A stretch of DNA of 64,000 nt from Raja brachyura. Its lineage: Eukaryota. How positions within the stretch are numbered: the first letter of the stretch is position 1; the number at the start of each line of letters is the position of its first letter. The notes beneath the pieces are model-generated. The model was not told the origin of the DNA. It ran no database searches and was given only the letters and a program-made list of their open reading frames with translations. A program made the position numbers and the translations under genes. Location: NCBI GenBank assembly GCA_963514005.1, contig OY740811.1, forward strand, positions 27,466,001-27,530,000, given 5' to 3'. Shown piece by piece: positions 1 through 13,489 of the stretch.

Positions 1-1399
1 GAAAAGGAAGAGAGAGAGAGGGGCTGGATTATTCTCACAGACTCTCCATTGTGTGTCAGTCCCGTGACTAGTGGGAATAACTATGTCACATGGATTCTGC
101 TGTTTAAATAAATCAATTTACTCATAAATGAAATTAGTGAGTATTGTGACTGTTCATCGAACAAAGATTCAGTGATGACAATTCCAGTTTGACTGATACA
201 TTTACAACATTTAGTTAAACATCCAGCGGATAGAGGCTGGAAGATTGAACTGAGCTATGAGGTCACATTTATTTGGAGACAGGGAGGAATAATTAATTTT
301 AAAAAGGAAACAACTAAAGTCTTACGAATTCTAGAATATCTTCCATGTCTTGAAATTCTCCATATATTTATATCCAGGGAACGACTTTAGTCATTGTGGG
401 AAATGCTTCTGGTAAGAGTAATGTGACAATGGCCAAGGAACTTGTTGCTGGGGTTGAGGAATATATATTGTCAAAGTATTGGGGAAAACCTTGTGTCTTC
501 TCTGAAGCAGACACTTTGAGAATTCCACCATTTTTTGAATGCAGAGGGTTAAAATAACCTTCAGACAGGGAATGGCTGCTTAGATGAGATACTTTGGACC
601 TTCTGATACGAAACCTTGGACCTTCTGATACGGACCAAATAAATGAACAGGGATCTATACTCAATGGTGGAATCCCTTATCAGGCTTTCAGATAGGCACA
701 TGGATATGCAGGGAATGGAAGGATCACGAGCAGACAGAGGGGATTAGTTTAACTTTACATCATGTTCAGCACAGATATTGTGGGTCGAAGGGCCTGTTCC
801 TGTGCTCTGTATTGTCTGGATTGGGGACCATTAGTTTATACGGAGACGTTGGTCAAACTTAGATTGTTTACTCAGCAGTAAAGGACCTTCAGCAAAGCCA
901 TTTCTGGCCTCATTCATTGTTTTAATTCCAGCTGAGTTTGGTGATGAGAATTATGGTCCTGTTAAAAAATTCTGACTGCTGGTCTATATAGCAAATGGGA
1001 TTTAACAACACATTGCCTGTTTCACACAACAGGTTGTACACTGCAATCACCGCTGTCCGGCCACTTTAGGGAATCCAAAGTTCTTGAAAACAAAGACCCA
1101 GCCTTGTGAAACCACAAAAAAAAGCACAACATGCTGGAGTAACTGAGCAGGCCAGGCAGCATCTCTGGAGGGGTTGGATAAAGCTAGGCAAGTCATGCGT
1201 GAATACCACAAGTTGTTCAGAACAAGTTGTGAAACCACAACTTCAGACCAAATACATCTGTTCCAGGTAGAATCAGTGCTATAAACACTTGTGACTGATT
1301 GCTTGGTCAATGGATCATTTCAAAGGGCTGCCTTCCATTACACCTGCATGTGTACAAAAAATTAAAAGAACAATAGGAAAAGGACCTTCTATAAACCTC

Positions 1400-1755
1400 C
1401 ATCCTCAATGGGCCAGGAAAATGTATTGGAACATTCAGAAGCAGCAGCAGCCATGAGGGCTGGTGGATGAGGCACCTCTATGTCCTCCACTAGTTTTAAC
1501 CTTCACTGATGCTAGCCTTCAGCCAATTCAATTCAACCCATGACATAGCAAGGGACAGCTGAGGGCATTGGATTCATCCAACATTCATCCAGTAATATCC
1601 CATCCCACTGCATTGTTGAAGATCCATTGTCCAGACAGATGCAGTTTGCCAGACAGACCACTACAGTGATGTAGACAATTGGCCAAGTACGAACTGCCCA
1701 CTAAAAGCAAGACTGAATCAATCCAAGCCTGTTGCCATTCATCAGCCTACTGCCC
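1400..1755 (+). mobile_element. Ancient CR1/L2-group LINE ORF2 fragment
   Basis: gatgctagccttcagccaattcaattc and aagcaagactgaatcaatccaagcc...ccattcatcagcctac resemble a degraded RT N-terminal region (K.DKSNP.NYRPISL); no open frame. Confidence 0.45.
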
Positions 1756-2629
1756 ATCACTCCCCTCCCCTCCCTCTCCTCTCCCCTTCCTCTCGCTCCA
1801 CCTCCCCTCGCTCTACTCCCCCTCGTTCTTACCCCCCCCCTCCCTCCACTCCCTCTCGCTCCACTCACTATCGCTCCACTCCCTCTCGCTCCACTCCCTC
1901 TCGCTCCACACTCCCCCTCACACCCCCATCAGGGGCAATGGAGCAGCCATCGACTGCGCTAGTGCATAGCAATAAATCCATCAACATGAACTCAGCTACC
2001 CTTGCTAGAGAGGAGGACAAAATAGACAGCTGTTTCAAAGAGTCAGCCTGGACACGATAGTGCCGAATAGACCCTTTCTGAGCTAATAAGATCCTAGTAT
2101 TCTTATCGGCTTGCGAATAGCTGAGAGTTTTACACTTGTTTTGTTTCCGAATGAGTGAGGAGTGGAAAATCTTAAGCTTGCTTGTAAGAAGCAGTAATAA
2201 AGGTGACAGCTGTTGTCAGCTCGCATTCCAGAAGGATTTCTCACAGCCAGAGTCTGCCTCTTCCCACCACTTTCAAGCCCACCGATCCCGCAAACATTTT
2301 CTACATTTCAGTGTCGATCTCTCAGGCTCTCTGGGGCCTTCTGAAAAACTACAAACATTAATCACTGATATGCCTGCAGGATGCCATAATCTGCCCACTC
2401 CCTGCCCCCACAACTCAGGAGTAGTAAGCTGAGAGGGTCTAATGAGAACTGGAGGAATTAAGACCCTCACTAGTCAAGGAATCAGTCATGCCTGTGACTG
2501 ATAACTCTCTTCAATGGTGTGGAAACCTCAGAGCTCTTGAACATTGCACAAAACTAACCACTACCTCAGCAACTATGATCTATGGACTGTGTCTTTGGTT
2601 GCATTACAGACCTGGATTTTGCACTATGA

Positions 2630-2900
2630 TGGAGTCATGGAGTTATACAGCGTGGAAACAGGCCCGTCGGCCCAACTTGCCAACACCGACCAACATGTCC
2701 CATCTACACTAGTCCCACCTACCTGCGTTTAGCCCATATCATTCTAAACCTGTCCTATCCATGTACATGTTTAAATGTTTCTTAAACGCTACGATAGTAC
2801 CTGCCTCAACTACCTCCTCTGGCAGCTTGTTCCATACACCCACCACCCTTTGTGTGAAGAAGTTACCCCTCAAGTTCCTACTAAATGTTTCCCCCCTCAC
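2630..2900 (-). mobile_element. CR1-clade (HER1-like) LINE 3' end fragment
   Basis: Plus-strand aaacaggcccgtcggcccaac...ggcagcttgttccatacacccaccaccctttgtgtgaagaagttaccc is the reverse complement of a CR1 ORF2 C-terminus (FFTQRVV..WN.LP) and 3'UTR. Confidence 0.75.
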
Positions 2901-3709
2901 TTATTATGGTCACCTATTATTACTGTTATCAATACATTGTACTATTGATCTGTAGCATCTGTGGAGGGAATGAGCAGATGTTTCGGGTCGGAACCATTGT
3001 TCCCTCCACAGGTCGATTCCCTCCACAGATGCTGCCAGACCCGTTGAGTTTCTCCAGCACTTTGTGTTTTTTTCCCATCTAAAATCACTGCCCCATTATT
3101 GGTCACATTGCTGTTTGTGGGACTGTACGCAGCTTCAGATCTGCTACACAAACATCTCTACCTTCAGCAACATCCCTGACGTCCTGAGAACCTGCAGCTT
3201 GCATTGAATCCTGCACCTTTGGTTTCTGGTGCAGGTGCAGTTTCATAAATGTGAGATCTTCACTAACTGAACACAACAATGGTGGCTCACTAGTCCAACT
3301 TCTGCCCAGCATTGTCACTGACCAGTAAAAACTCTCATCTCCCTGTTCCCCCTTGTGCTTATACATCGCTGGAAACAATATCTGATGCTTGCCTCTTCAT
3401 GGCAGAGTTCTGTTAAAACCATGCTCAATGCCAGTGAGGTTTCCTTTGCTTCACTTATCTATTTTAAGGTGGGTGTAGTCTTGATCTTCCAACCTAACTA
3501 ATTTCAGACATTGGACTTTTTCTCTGTAACTGTAACGCTACAAAGATGTAATACTATTCTGCACTTTGATGTTTTTTTTTCTTTGCAGTACCAGTTGTAC
3601 TTGTGCATGGCTTGATGGAACTCGTGTATCGTATAATTTGATTTGACAGGATAGCACACAAACTCAAGCTTTTCATCGTATCATGGTACACTTGACAATA
3701 ATGAACCAA

Positions 3710-4010
3710 GTGGGTGGCACAGTGGTACAGCTGGTAGAGCTGCTGCCTCACAGCACCAGAGACTTTGCTTCACTTCTGACCTTGGGTGCTGTCCGTGTGG
3801 AGTTTGCACGTTCTCCCTGTGACCGCATGGGTTTTCTCCAGGTGCTCCGGTTTCCTACCACATCCCAAAGATACGCGGGTTTGTAAATTGCTCCCAATGT
3901 GTTAGGAGTGGATGAGAAACTGGGATAGCAGAGACCAAGTGAAAATGGGCGATTGATGGTTATGGTGGACTCGGTGGGCTGAAGGACCTTTCTCCATGCT
4001 GTATCTTTCA
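3710..4010 (+). mobile_element. tRNA-derived V-SINE (HE1-like)
   Basis: Head ggtggcacagtggtacagctggtagagctgctgcctcacagc, V-domain tgtccgtgtggagtttgcacgttctccctgtgacc, and CR1-like tail ggtgggctgaaggacctttctccatgctgtatc. Confidence 0.8.
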
Positions 4011-5319
4011 ATCAAACAATACCAATATCACTCAGTCAGAACACCCCAACATTAAAACTGGGAATACGGTGACCTTAAACCACAGGAGAAAGCAAAAGCT
4101 AATTTTCTGCTTCTATTAAAAATAAGATATTATCCCAAATAATTCACTTATACATATGACAGAACTGGTAAGAGACGTCACCAATGAAAGACACCATTCT
4201 ACACTCTGCCCCAGAAGCAAGATCGAAGGAAACTATTCAGCCCATTGTGCTACTGCTGGCCTCTGGGTACAGACAACCAATTACTCTCACTCCCCACACT
4301 TTCTCTGTAACCCTGTGTTTTTTGTCTTCCACTCAAATATTTATCCAATGCCTTTATGAAAGTTTCTATTGAATCTGCTGCCACATCATCCTCCAACACT
4401 CTTTCATGCAATACTTTCCAGATTAGAACAACTTGTTATGTTGCTGATTCATTTTCCTTTCATCTGTGTTCTCTGATCGCCAACTCTTCTGCAATGAATA
4501 AAATCCTTCCATCTCATTCTGCCAAAGGATTTCAGAGTTTGGAACATCTTTATCAAAGCTCCTCTGAAAATCCCAAGCTCGAAAGACAACATCTTACTTT
4601 CTCTAGTTTCCTTTCACGGAACTGAAGTCCTATAATGCCACCATGGATAATGTATCCTGGTCAGGACCTTCTGAATGGGACCACTGATCCCACTCTCAGA
4701 CTGGGCAATCCCACTCTAAGTGCATATTGAATGGAGAGCCAACTGAGGAATCAATGCAGTGATGTCTACTTCATGCTGTCTTCCTGTGTGATCTTCACAC
4801 AACTTTGGAATTTTACTCTCTTACAGGTCCTGAACTACCGTGAGTTTCAATGTTGAGCTGAGAACTTAGTCCTGTGGAGATATGGAATGCTCTGTCAGAG
4901 AGATGCAGCAAAACTTCACTGAGTGAATGGGAGCCATCCACCATTTCACAGAGGTGCACCTGTCAAAGGGCTGAGCCCCATGGAACAGAACTGTCCATCG
5001 TTTGAACCAGATTTACTTATCACCCTTGGCTGCAGAGAGGTTGGCATTGAGGGAGACAGAAAGATCGGGCAGGTTTCATTTTTCTGATTTCTTCTCCATG
5101 ATCCTTCTGTCTGTGGGCTTTAGGACAAAACAGTCACTGTGCTCTGCACTGCCAATACTCTCGGTTTTAATCACCTAGTAATGGAGGGCGTTTGGTGGCT
5201 GGATAACCATGTTCTGCAAAGATCGAAATTGCTCTTGTGGCATTGTTCAGTCACATTCTGCAGAATCCCAATGGACTTGAAACCTTTACAATTGACCCAC
5301 GGTTTGGTTTATCCCACCA

Positions 5320-5770
5320 AGAACATAGAACAGTACAGCACAGGGCAGGCCCTTCAGCCCACAAATGTCCATGCTGAACATGGTGCAAATTGATCTCCTC
5401 TGCCTGCATGTGATCCATATCTCTCCATTCCCTACATATCATATCTGCTTCCACCACCACCCTGGCGGCAAATGTCAGGCACCGACACCCTCTGCGTAAA
5501 AAACTCACCCCACACATCTCCTGTAAACTTCGCCCCTATTATCTTAAAGCTATCTTAAAGGTTCTGACTGTCTACTCTACCTATGACTCTCATAATTTTA
5601 TATATTTCTATCAGGTCTCCCCTCAACTTCTGATGTCCCAGAGCAAGCGATGCAAGTCTGTCCAACCACTTTTTCAGCTAATACAGCCCTCTATTCTATG
5701 ATATTTCCACCCTGGGGAAAAAAAGGTTCTACCTTTCCACCCTTTCCATGGCTCTCATCATTTTATATCA
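5320..5770 (-). mobile_element. CR1-clade LINE 3' fragments
   Basis: aagaacatagaacagtacagcacagggcaggcccttcagccc tail followed by degraded reverse-complement ORF2 C-terminus. Confidence 0.65.
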
Positions 5771-6796
5771 GGTTGTACACATCCATGTTCTATTGGAGTG
5801 GACTTCCAAAGTTCCTTTCTAATTAAGTCCCATTCACTATAACTCCATCTCTTACAAAAGGTGAAGACATGGCAATATTTTCATACAAATGTGTTGAGAG
5901 AGGGAGCTTTGCCGAATGTTTAGCAGTATGAAGGTCTGGTGAAGGGAGGAGTGCAATGTGATCTTAACCCCAGCTGTGATCTTCACACCCATCTGGTGGA
6001 GAGTTGTCAGGGCAAAGGCTCACTCACTGTTGCTGAGGTTTCTTTCTGAAACCATTCCCTGGGGCCTTGGTGTAATTACAAAACTAAACAAACATCTTGT
6101 ACAACCTCCACTCTCACATCTTGATGACGGTGATTTACTGGTCAACATATCGCTGCCCAAAGATTCCAATCCCAACGGACCAAGTCCTTTTCCATTCCCT
6201 TGTTCTGTCCAGAATCAAAATAAATCCAAACCTTTCCTATTTACTCCCATTGCATAATTCATAATAATGTCAAATACTTTACAATTCACTCCCCTTACAC
6301 AAGGGTGGCACAGTGGCACAGCAGTAGAGTTGTCAGAGACAGAGACCCGGGTTCGATCCTGACTACGGGTCCTGAAGGCATTTGAAAGCACAAAGCGGAA
6401 ACGTTGGATTGTTGTTCTTGGAACAGAAGAGACTGAGAAGGAATTTGGTGGAGGTTTTGAAAATGATGAAAGGTCTGGGCAGAACAGACAGAGAAAAATT
6501 GTTCACATTGGTAGAAGAGTCAAGAGCCATGAAGGTGATTGACAAGAAATGTTACAAAGGATGGTGGTTATTGTCTAGACTTCCCTGCCAGGGGAGGCTT
6601 CTGATAGCTGATTTAATTCCGTTTTTAAAAAGAAAGGAGTTACAGGCTTCAGGAAGTGGGGTGGATGGTGAGAATACCTGGGCTAGATTCAATGGACCCA
6701 ACGATGTCAGTTTACTTCTGGAGTCTGGTGACAATAGAATACGTATGCTGCGTCATGGATGTGGGCAAACCAGTGGGACTGGCACTTGCCCTTTCA

Positions 6797-7525
<729 letters not shown>

Positions 7526-7651
7526 TCACAATGACTGGAGAAACATCAGCTTTTGCCAGGGCCACAGTCAGTGAAGGACAGCCCAAAGCAGAGATTGTGG
7601 ACACAACTGCTCACAGGACTCGTGGCTATTCCACCATGCATTCCCCCAAGC

Positions 7652-7938
7652 GATAGACAATAGGTGCAGGAGTAGGCCATTAGGCCCTTCGAGCCAGCAC
7701 CGCCATTCAATGTGATCATGGATGATTATCCACAATCAGTACCCCGTTCCTGCCTTCTACCCATATCCCTTGACTCCGCTATCTTTAAGAGCTCTATCTA
7801 ACTATCTCTTGAAAGCATCCAGAGAATTGGCCTCCACTGCCTTCCGAGGCAGAGAATTCCATAGATTCACAACTCTCTGGGTGATTCCACAGATTCACAA
7901 CTCTCTGGGAGATTCCACAGATTCACAACTCTCTGGGT
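7652..7938 (-). mobile_element. 5'-truncated CR1 LINE 3' end with a 28-bp triplication at its 5' junction
   Basis: gacaataggtgcaggagtaggccat...ggcagagaattcc matches the same family at 28735-29070; agattcacaactctctggg recurs at 7863, 7891 and 7919. Confidence 0.8.
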
Positions 7939-8397
7939 CATCACTTTTGTGATGAATCAGGAGCCCATCATGAAAATCAAGAGAGGTCCATAACCCGCCC
8001 AAGACTAATTTCAATCCAGTCCCATCTCAAACCCATAGCACGTGTACTCTTAGATTATTATCACAATAGCAATGCTTCTAATCTGAATAAAAATCACTTA
8101 TGAACACATCAGGGCTTCTGATCTGATGGCCAACTGTAAATGGAGTAAAGAAAATCTTGGAGTCACAAGGAACTGCAGATGATGGTATCTTCAGCAAAAT
8201 ACAAAGTGCTGGAGGAACCCAACCATTCAGGCAGCATCTATGGACGGAATGGACAGGGACCCTTCTTCAAAACTTGATGCCCTGAAAAACCTCAATGCCC
8301 TGAATTCAGGTTTCCACCTCAAGGCAGGTCTAAGGCCCAGTGCAGTAACCCAGGCAAAAATACCCAGTGTGCAAGGCTGGGTTATTGCACTGGGCCA

Positions 8398-8565
8398 TAT
8401 CGACCGATTGACCAAATGGTGCCAGCACAATAACCTGGCTCTCAACACCAGGTAAACCAAGGAAATGATTGTGGACTTTGGAAGGGGTAGGATAGGGACC
8501 CACAATCCTGTTTATATCAACGATGGTGGAAAGGGTCAAGAACTGCAAATTCCTGGGCGTGCATA
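8398..8565 (+). mobile_element. Rex1/Babar LINE RT fragment, inverted relative to the adjacent copy
   Basis: Encodes IDRLTKWCQHNNLALNT; homologous to 9140-9303 on the opposite strand. Confidence 0.75.
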
Positions 8566-9812
8566 ATTCAAGTCAAGTCAAGAGAGTTTATTGTCATGTG
8601 TCCCAGATAAGACAATGAAATTCTTGCTTACTGCAGCTCAACAGGGTAATGTAAACAAAAATACAGAACAGTTCAGTTCAATATACATATAAATAAGCAG
8701 ATAAAGTGCAATAGGCTGTTACAGTTCAGAATCTGTTTCTTGGCGAGTTTAATAGCCTGATGGCTGTTCCTGAACCTGGATGTAACAGGTTTCAGGCTCC
8801 TGTACCTTCTGCCCGATGGAAGTGGAGAGATGAGTATGTGGCCAGGACGGTATGGGTCCTTGATGATGTTGGCTGCCTATTTGAGGCAGCGACTGCAATA
8901 GATCCCCTCGATGGTGGGGTGGTCGGAGCCGATGATGGACTGGGCAGAGGTTACGACTTTCTGCATCCTCTTCCGCTCCAGGACGATGCAACCAGCCACC
9001 ATGCTTTCTACTGTGCACTTGGAGAAGTTCGAGAGAGTCCTCTTTGACATGCCGACTCTCCTTAGTCATCTCAGGAAGTAGAGGCGCTGATGTGCTTTCT
9101 TTATGATTGCATCAGTGTGCTGGGACCAGGAAAGCCCTTTGGAAATGTGCACACCCAGGAATGTGAAGTTCTTAACCCTTTCCACCATTGTCCCGTTGTG
9201 GATTCCTATCCTACCCCTTCCAAAGTCCACAATAAGTTCCTTGGTTTTGCTCGTGTTGAGAGCCAGGTTATTGTGTGGGCACCATTTGGTCAATCAGTCG
9301 ATCTCACTTCTATACTCTGACTCGTCCCCATCAGTGATTCGTCCCACAACAGTGGTGTCGTCAGCGAACTTGATGATGGAGTTTGCGCTATGTCCGTCTA
9401 CGCAGTCATGAGTATAGAGTGAGTACAGCAGAGGGCTGAGCACGCAGCCTTGATGTGCTCCCATATTGATTGTTGTAGAGGATGACACATTTCCACAAAT
9501 ACGGACAGACTGTGGTCTGTGGATGAGGAAGTCGAGGATCCAAATGCAGAGGGATGCGCAGAGACCCAGATCTGAGAGCTTGGTAACTAGCTTGGAGGGG
9601 ATGATTGTATTAAACGTCGAGCTGTAGTGAATGAATAACAGCCTGACATATGAGTTTTTGTTGTCCAAGTGGTCCAGAGCGGAGTGGAGAGCCAGTGAGA
9701 CTGCATCCATCATTGATCTGTTATGGCAGTAAGCGAACTGCAATGGGTCGAGGTTCTTGTCGAGGTAGGAGTTGATATGCGCCATAATCAACCTCTAAAA
9801 GCACTTCATCAC
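8566..9812 (-). mobile_element. Rex1/Babar non-LTR retrotransposon, 5'-truncated, frameshifted RT
   Basis: ORFs 9294-9791 ([13 protein letters not shown]...[17 protein letters not shown]...[12 protein letters not shown]) and 9066-9293 (KWC..NNLALNTSKTKELIVDF...KAHQRLYFLR); the 3' end has AATAAA and a (CTTGA)n tail near 8570-8592. Confidence 0.9.
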
Positions 9813-9924
9813 CACAGAGGTTATGCTATCCAACTACCGAAGGCACCACAATGGACTGGTATTCTGCCCATTTCCATGTATGCACATAGGAGCTAATCCG
9901 TGGGGATAGGTGACAACACCTCTA

Positions 9925-10520
9925 CCACAATAATCAGCTGTCCATCGCACGGACCAGACTTCCCACCACTGACTCCATCTGCAATTCACACTGCCTCAGA
10001 AAAGCTGCCAAGACTTGTCCCATCCTGGTCATTCCTTCTTCTCCCTGCTCCCGTCTGGTAGAAGGTGCAGAAGCTTAAAACTGCACACCACCTGACTGGG
10101 GAACAGCTTCTTCCCCTCTGTTATCAGGCTTCCGAATGGTCCATTCATAATGTGTAGGAAGGAACTGCCGATGCAGGTTTACACTGTAGAGGAAGGGTCT
10201 CGACCTTCTATCCAGAGATGCTGCCTGTTCCTGATTTACTCCAGCATTTTGCGTCTATCTTTGGTCGATTCATAAGCGCGGGTTCTGTGCGATTCACAAC
10301 ACCATTGCGGACATTGGACTTTATCTGTGGAACTGGTGCGCTACAATGCTGACAACTATATTCTGCACTCTGTTTCATCCTCGTGATTCCATCTGTTGTC
10401 CTTGGCTTTGACTTGATTGCATTTATGTGCAGTATATCTGATTCCTATGGATAGCATGCAACACAACGCTTTTCACTGTACCTCGGTACACGTGACAATG
10501 ATACATGAAACCTAAACCAT
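9925..10520 (+). mobile_element. Rex1/Babar 3' end and 3'UTR, interrupted by a PLE-derived short element (about 10151-10267)
   Basis: HPGHSFFSLLPSGRRCRSL...NSFFPSVIRL-like sequence at 10021-10135; attcataa is repeated on both sides of the insert. Confidence 0.65.
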
Positions 10521-11009
10521 CCCAACACAGGTTGGTGAGTGGGTGCAGGAAGTACCTTTATCCTGCGAATCTCCAGGGCATTTTAGTTTCAGTTGAGCTG
10601 ATCTTAGCTCGGTGCGGGTTGGGGATGCCGGCAGCTTCCAGTGTGGTTGGACTGAAGGAGAAGGCTCGTCTCCAGCAAAGACCGGGGCTTGCGAAATTCG
10701 ACAGGTTTGAGCCCTAGAGAGGGTTAATGTCAGAACCGTGCTTTCTCGAAGGGTGAAGGATATTTAATCCAGTCAGGGGACTGGTTACAGGGAAGCAGCT
10801 GTCGAAGGCCAGTCCCGACCTGTGAGCATTGCTCAGCTTGGCTACCAGCGCGGCGCACATCACCGTGAGTCGCTGCAGGCTTCCGCGCGTCAGCGATGGG
10901 CGATGGCAGCCCAGGCCTCCCGACCTGATCTTTGCTGTGAGTTGTTGCAACGACTTGTAACGTTGTTACAGCATTGGTGGTTCCGATTACACGGACATCC
11001 AACAAGTTT

Positions 11010-11400
11010 AAGAGATGCAGCATGGAAACAGGCCCTTCGGCCCACCGAGCCATAGACTAGTTCTATCCTGCACACTGGGAACCTTTTCGTGGGCAATTAC
11101 AACTTACAACCTGCACGTCTTTGCAGTGTGGGAGGAAACCTGAAACCCGCAAATAAACCCCGAGACCCGGAGGAAACCCGCGTAGTCACCGGGAGAATGT
11201 ACAAACTCTGGCTTTCAAGAAGGGTCCCGATCCGAAACGTCACCCATCCTCTTTTCTTCAGCGATGCTGAGTTACTGCAGCACTGTGTGACTATCTTCGG
11301 TACAGACCCGCATCCGCAGTCCCTTTCTGCGCAGCACCCTAGTCAGGATCGAACCCGGGTTTTCTGGCACTGTGAGGCAGCAACTCTACCGCTGCGCCAC
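11010..11400 (-). mobile_element. HE1-like V-SINE interrupted by a hammerhead-bearing PLE-derived element (about 11213-11330)
   Basis: Reverse-complement tRNA head ggatcgaacccggg...ctctaccgctgcgccac at 11345-11400; insert tcaagaagggtcccgatccgaaacgtcaccc lies inside the V-domain. Confidence 0.75.
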
Positions 11401-11789
11401 CCCCTTGCCCAAAGTGAATGCCTCGCCACCAGCCTCCCACCGCGGCTTGCCAGGGGGCAATAAGTGGGCATGGCTTGAATGACAAAAGCTCTGTGGTTGC
11501 GGAGATTTATGACCCCACCACATGGTTCTTTCTAGCTGGGCGCCCATTCCCTCCGCAGGCCGCGCTCTCTGGGATATGCCAGTGACTAGATGCCTCCTGG
11601 TTTTGGAGCGGCACTGCCAGCGCTCCCCGCGGCTCCTCCGCCCGGCGTCGGTGCTGTGTGCGAGTGCAGCGTGGAGCTGTGCTCCATCCTGCCCCCACCC
11701 CCCTCACACACACGCTATCCCCCAGAGGAGGCCCGGGTTAATGAGCAACAGCGACAACCTTGGCTGCTTCCCCCTCCCTAACTCGGGGG

Positions 11790-11880
11790 CTCCTCAACTG
11801 CTGAACTGTCAGAGATAATCTAATTAACAACTGATTGCACGTCAAGCCTTCCCCTCACCGTGACTCCGTGATTTAATGCA
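11790..11880. promoter_or_regulatory. Candidate enhancer with a perfect paired-class homeodomain P3 site
   Basis: TAATCTAATTA at 11816-11826 (TAATYNRATTA), flanked by TGTCAG (11807) and TGATTG (11832). Confidence 0.4.
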
Positions 11881-11919
11881 TCCCACTCGGCGCTACCCTG
11901 GTACAACCTACCCACCATT

Positions 11920-12050
11920 TCTGAAGAAGGGTCTCGACCCGAAACGTCACCCATTCCTTCTCTCCAGAGATGCTGCCTGTCCCGCTGAGTTACTCCAGCT
12001 TTTGTGTCTAACTTCGGTTTAAATCAGCATCTGTAGTTCCATCTTACACA
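11920..12050 (+). mobile_element. PLE-derived short element with an intact minimal hammerhead core (11921-11948)
   Basis: ctgaagaagggtctcgacccgaaacgtc followed by the family body gatgctgcctgtcccgctgagttactccagc and tail cagcatctgtagttccatcttacaca. Confidence 0.8.
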
Positions 12051-13489
12051 ATGTACCCAGCAACCTGATATGACCAACCCTGCACTGCCATTGAAAGGTT
12101 TTAAATCAAACCGCAGATGCTGGAAATCTGAAATAAAAAGCTCAAAAAAACGCAACAAGTCTTGCAGCATCTGTGGAAAGAGAGACGGTCAACGTTTTGC
12201 GTCTGTGTCTCTTGGTCAGAACATTGCACTGAAACGCTTTAATGCATCTTAACCCTCAGTGCGATGCCCTGATATAGTCGTCCAGCACTCTGCCTCAACT
12301 CGCCCGCATCCAACCCTCCCTCTCCGCAATGGGAAACAAAGGTTTTATCTAACGCATGCCAAGCTGCGTAAGTCAGGGGTATGTTGCAACATTGCAACAC
12401 GCACCATGTGCGCTCGCATAAATAACTTGTATAACTGGGGGCTGCGTTTCTGTGTATATCAGGGAAGTTGTGATGGGGGGGAGCTTTTCAGAACCGAAAA
12501 CACGAGGAACTGCGGATGCTGGCAGCTTCAGCAAAACACAAAGCGGTGGAGGCATCTGTGGGGAAAATAGACCCGTGTGATCCCGTCCGTCCCCATCCAC
12601 AGACGCTGCCCGAGGCGCTGTGCTCCTCAGATACTTGGTATATAACGTTACATAACTCGCTGCGGGGATGTTGGGGCTGCCGGCGTTTATTGCTCCCCCT
12701 TGCTGCCTTGGGACTGGGACCATATCCAGGCCAGACCAGACCAGGGAAGAACATTAGCTGGATGTGTTCAAATCGTGCCATGCCAATGAGAGATTCTGAA
12801 TAGGAGAAATGGAATCTCATCCCATGTCGGAAGTGCAGCGGCAGTGACTTCATGGCCCGGGAAAGTTCAGCAGACATGGCCCAAAATCTAATGGATGGTT
12901 GCAACAACAACAAAAATAATTAATCGGGTTCACCACTATATTTTGGGAATGTAATATCGATTAAGGTCCATTTGTGAGTTCAGAAACTGGTTGATTTAAC
13001 TCTCTCCGAGGCAACCCAGCATAACATGCAGGTCCATGGATAGCAGGGACGCGCCTATGCCTGGTGTGAAGGGAAGCTGCACACTGCCGGTGCGGAGCCA
13101 GCCAGCCGGGGCGGGGATGTAACTGCGGCCGCGGTGCCCTCCTGTGTGAAGTGCAGGCAGCCCTCAGTGCCCGAGCAGGGGACAGGCGGCCGAGGAGCTG
13201 CGGAGGGAAATCGCAGTCAAAGCACCCTCTCTATCCCAGCTTCAAGATGCCCTAAGCCTCCCAACATCTACCCACAATACCTTCTCTCACACACACAAGC
13301 CTAACACACGCACAGCCTGACACACACACACGCAGCCCCCCGCACACACCCATACAGCGACGTACCCCACAGATACATACAAACAAGTGCACATACGTAT
13401 ACACAGCCCGACACACGCCCCACTCACAGATATACTCCACAGATATACACACACACAACAGGCACACACACAGTCCCCGATAATGAATA

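Noticed and set aside
3710-3790. tRNA gene (also 6302-6372 and 11340-11400)
   Set aside because: These are tRNA-derived SINE heads without a complete cloverleaf, continuing into SINE body or truncated.
11905-12062. TSD around the 11920-12050 element (tacccac / tacccag)
   Set aside because: The match is only about 6 bp and offset from the element ends, so it is not convincing.
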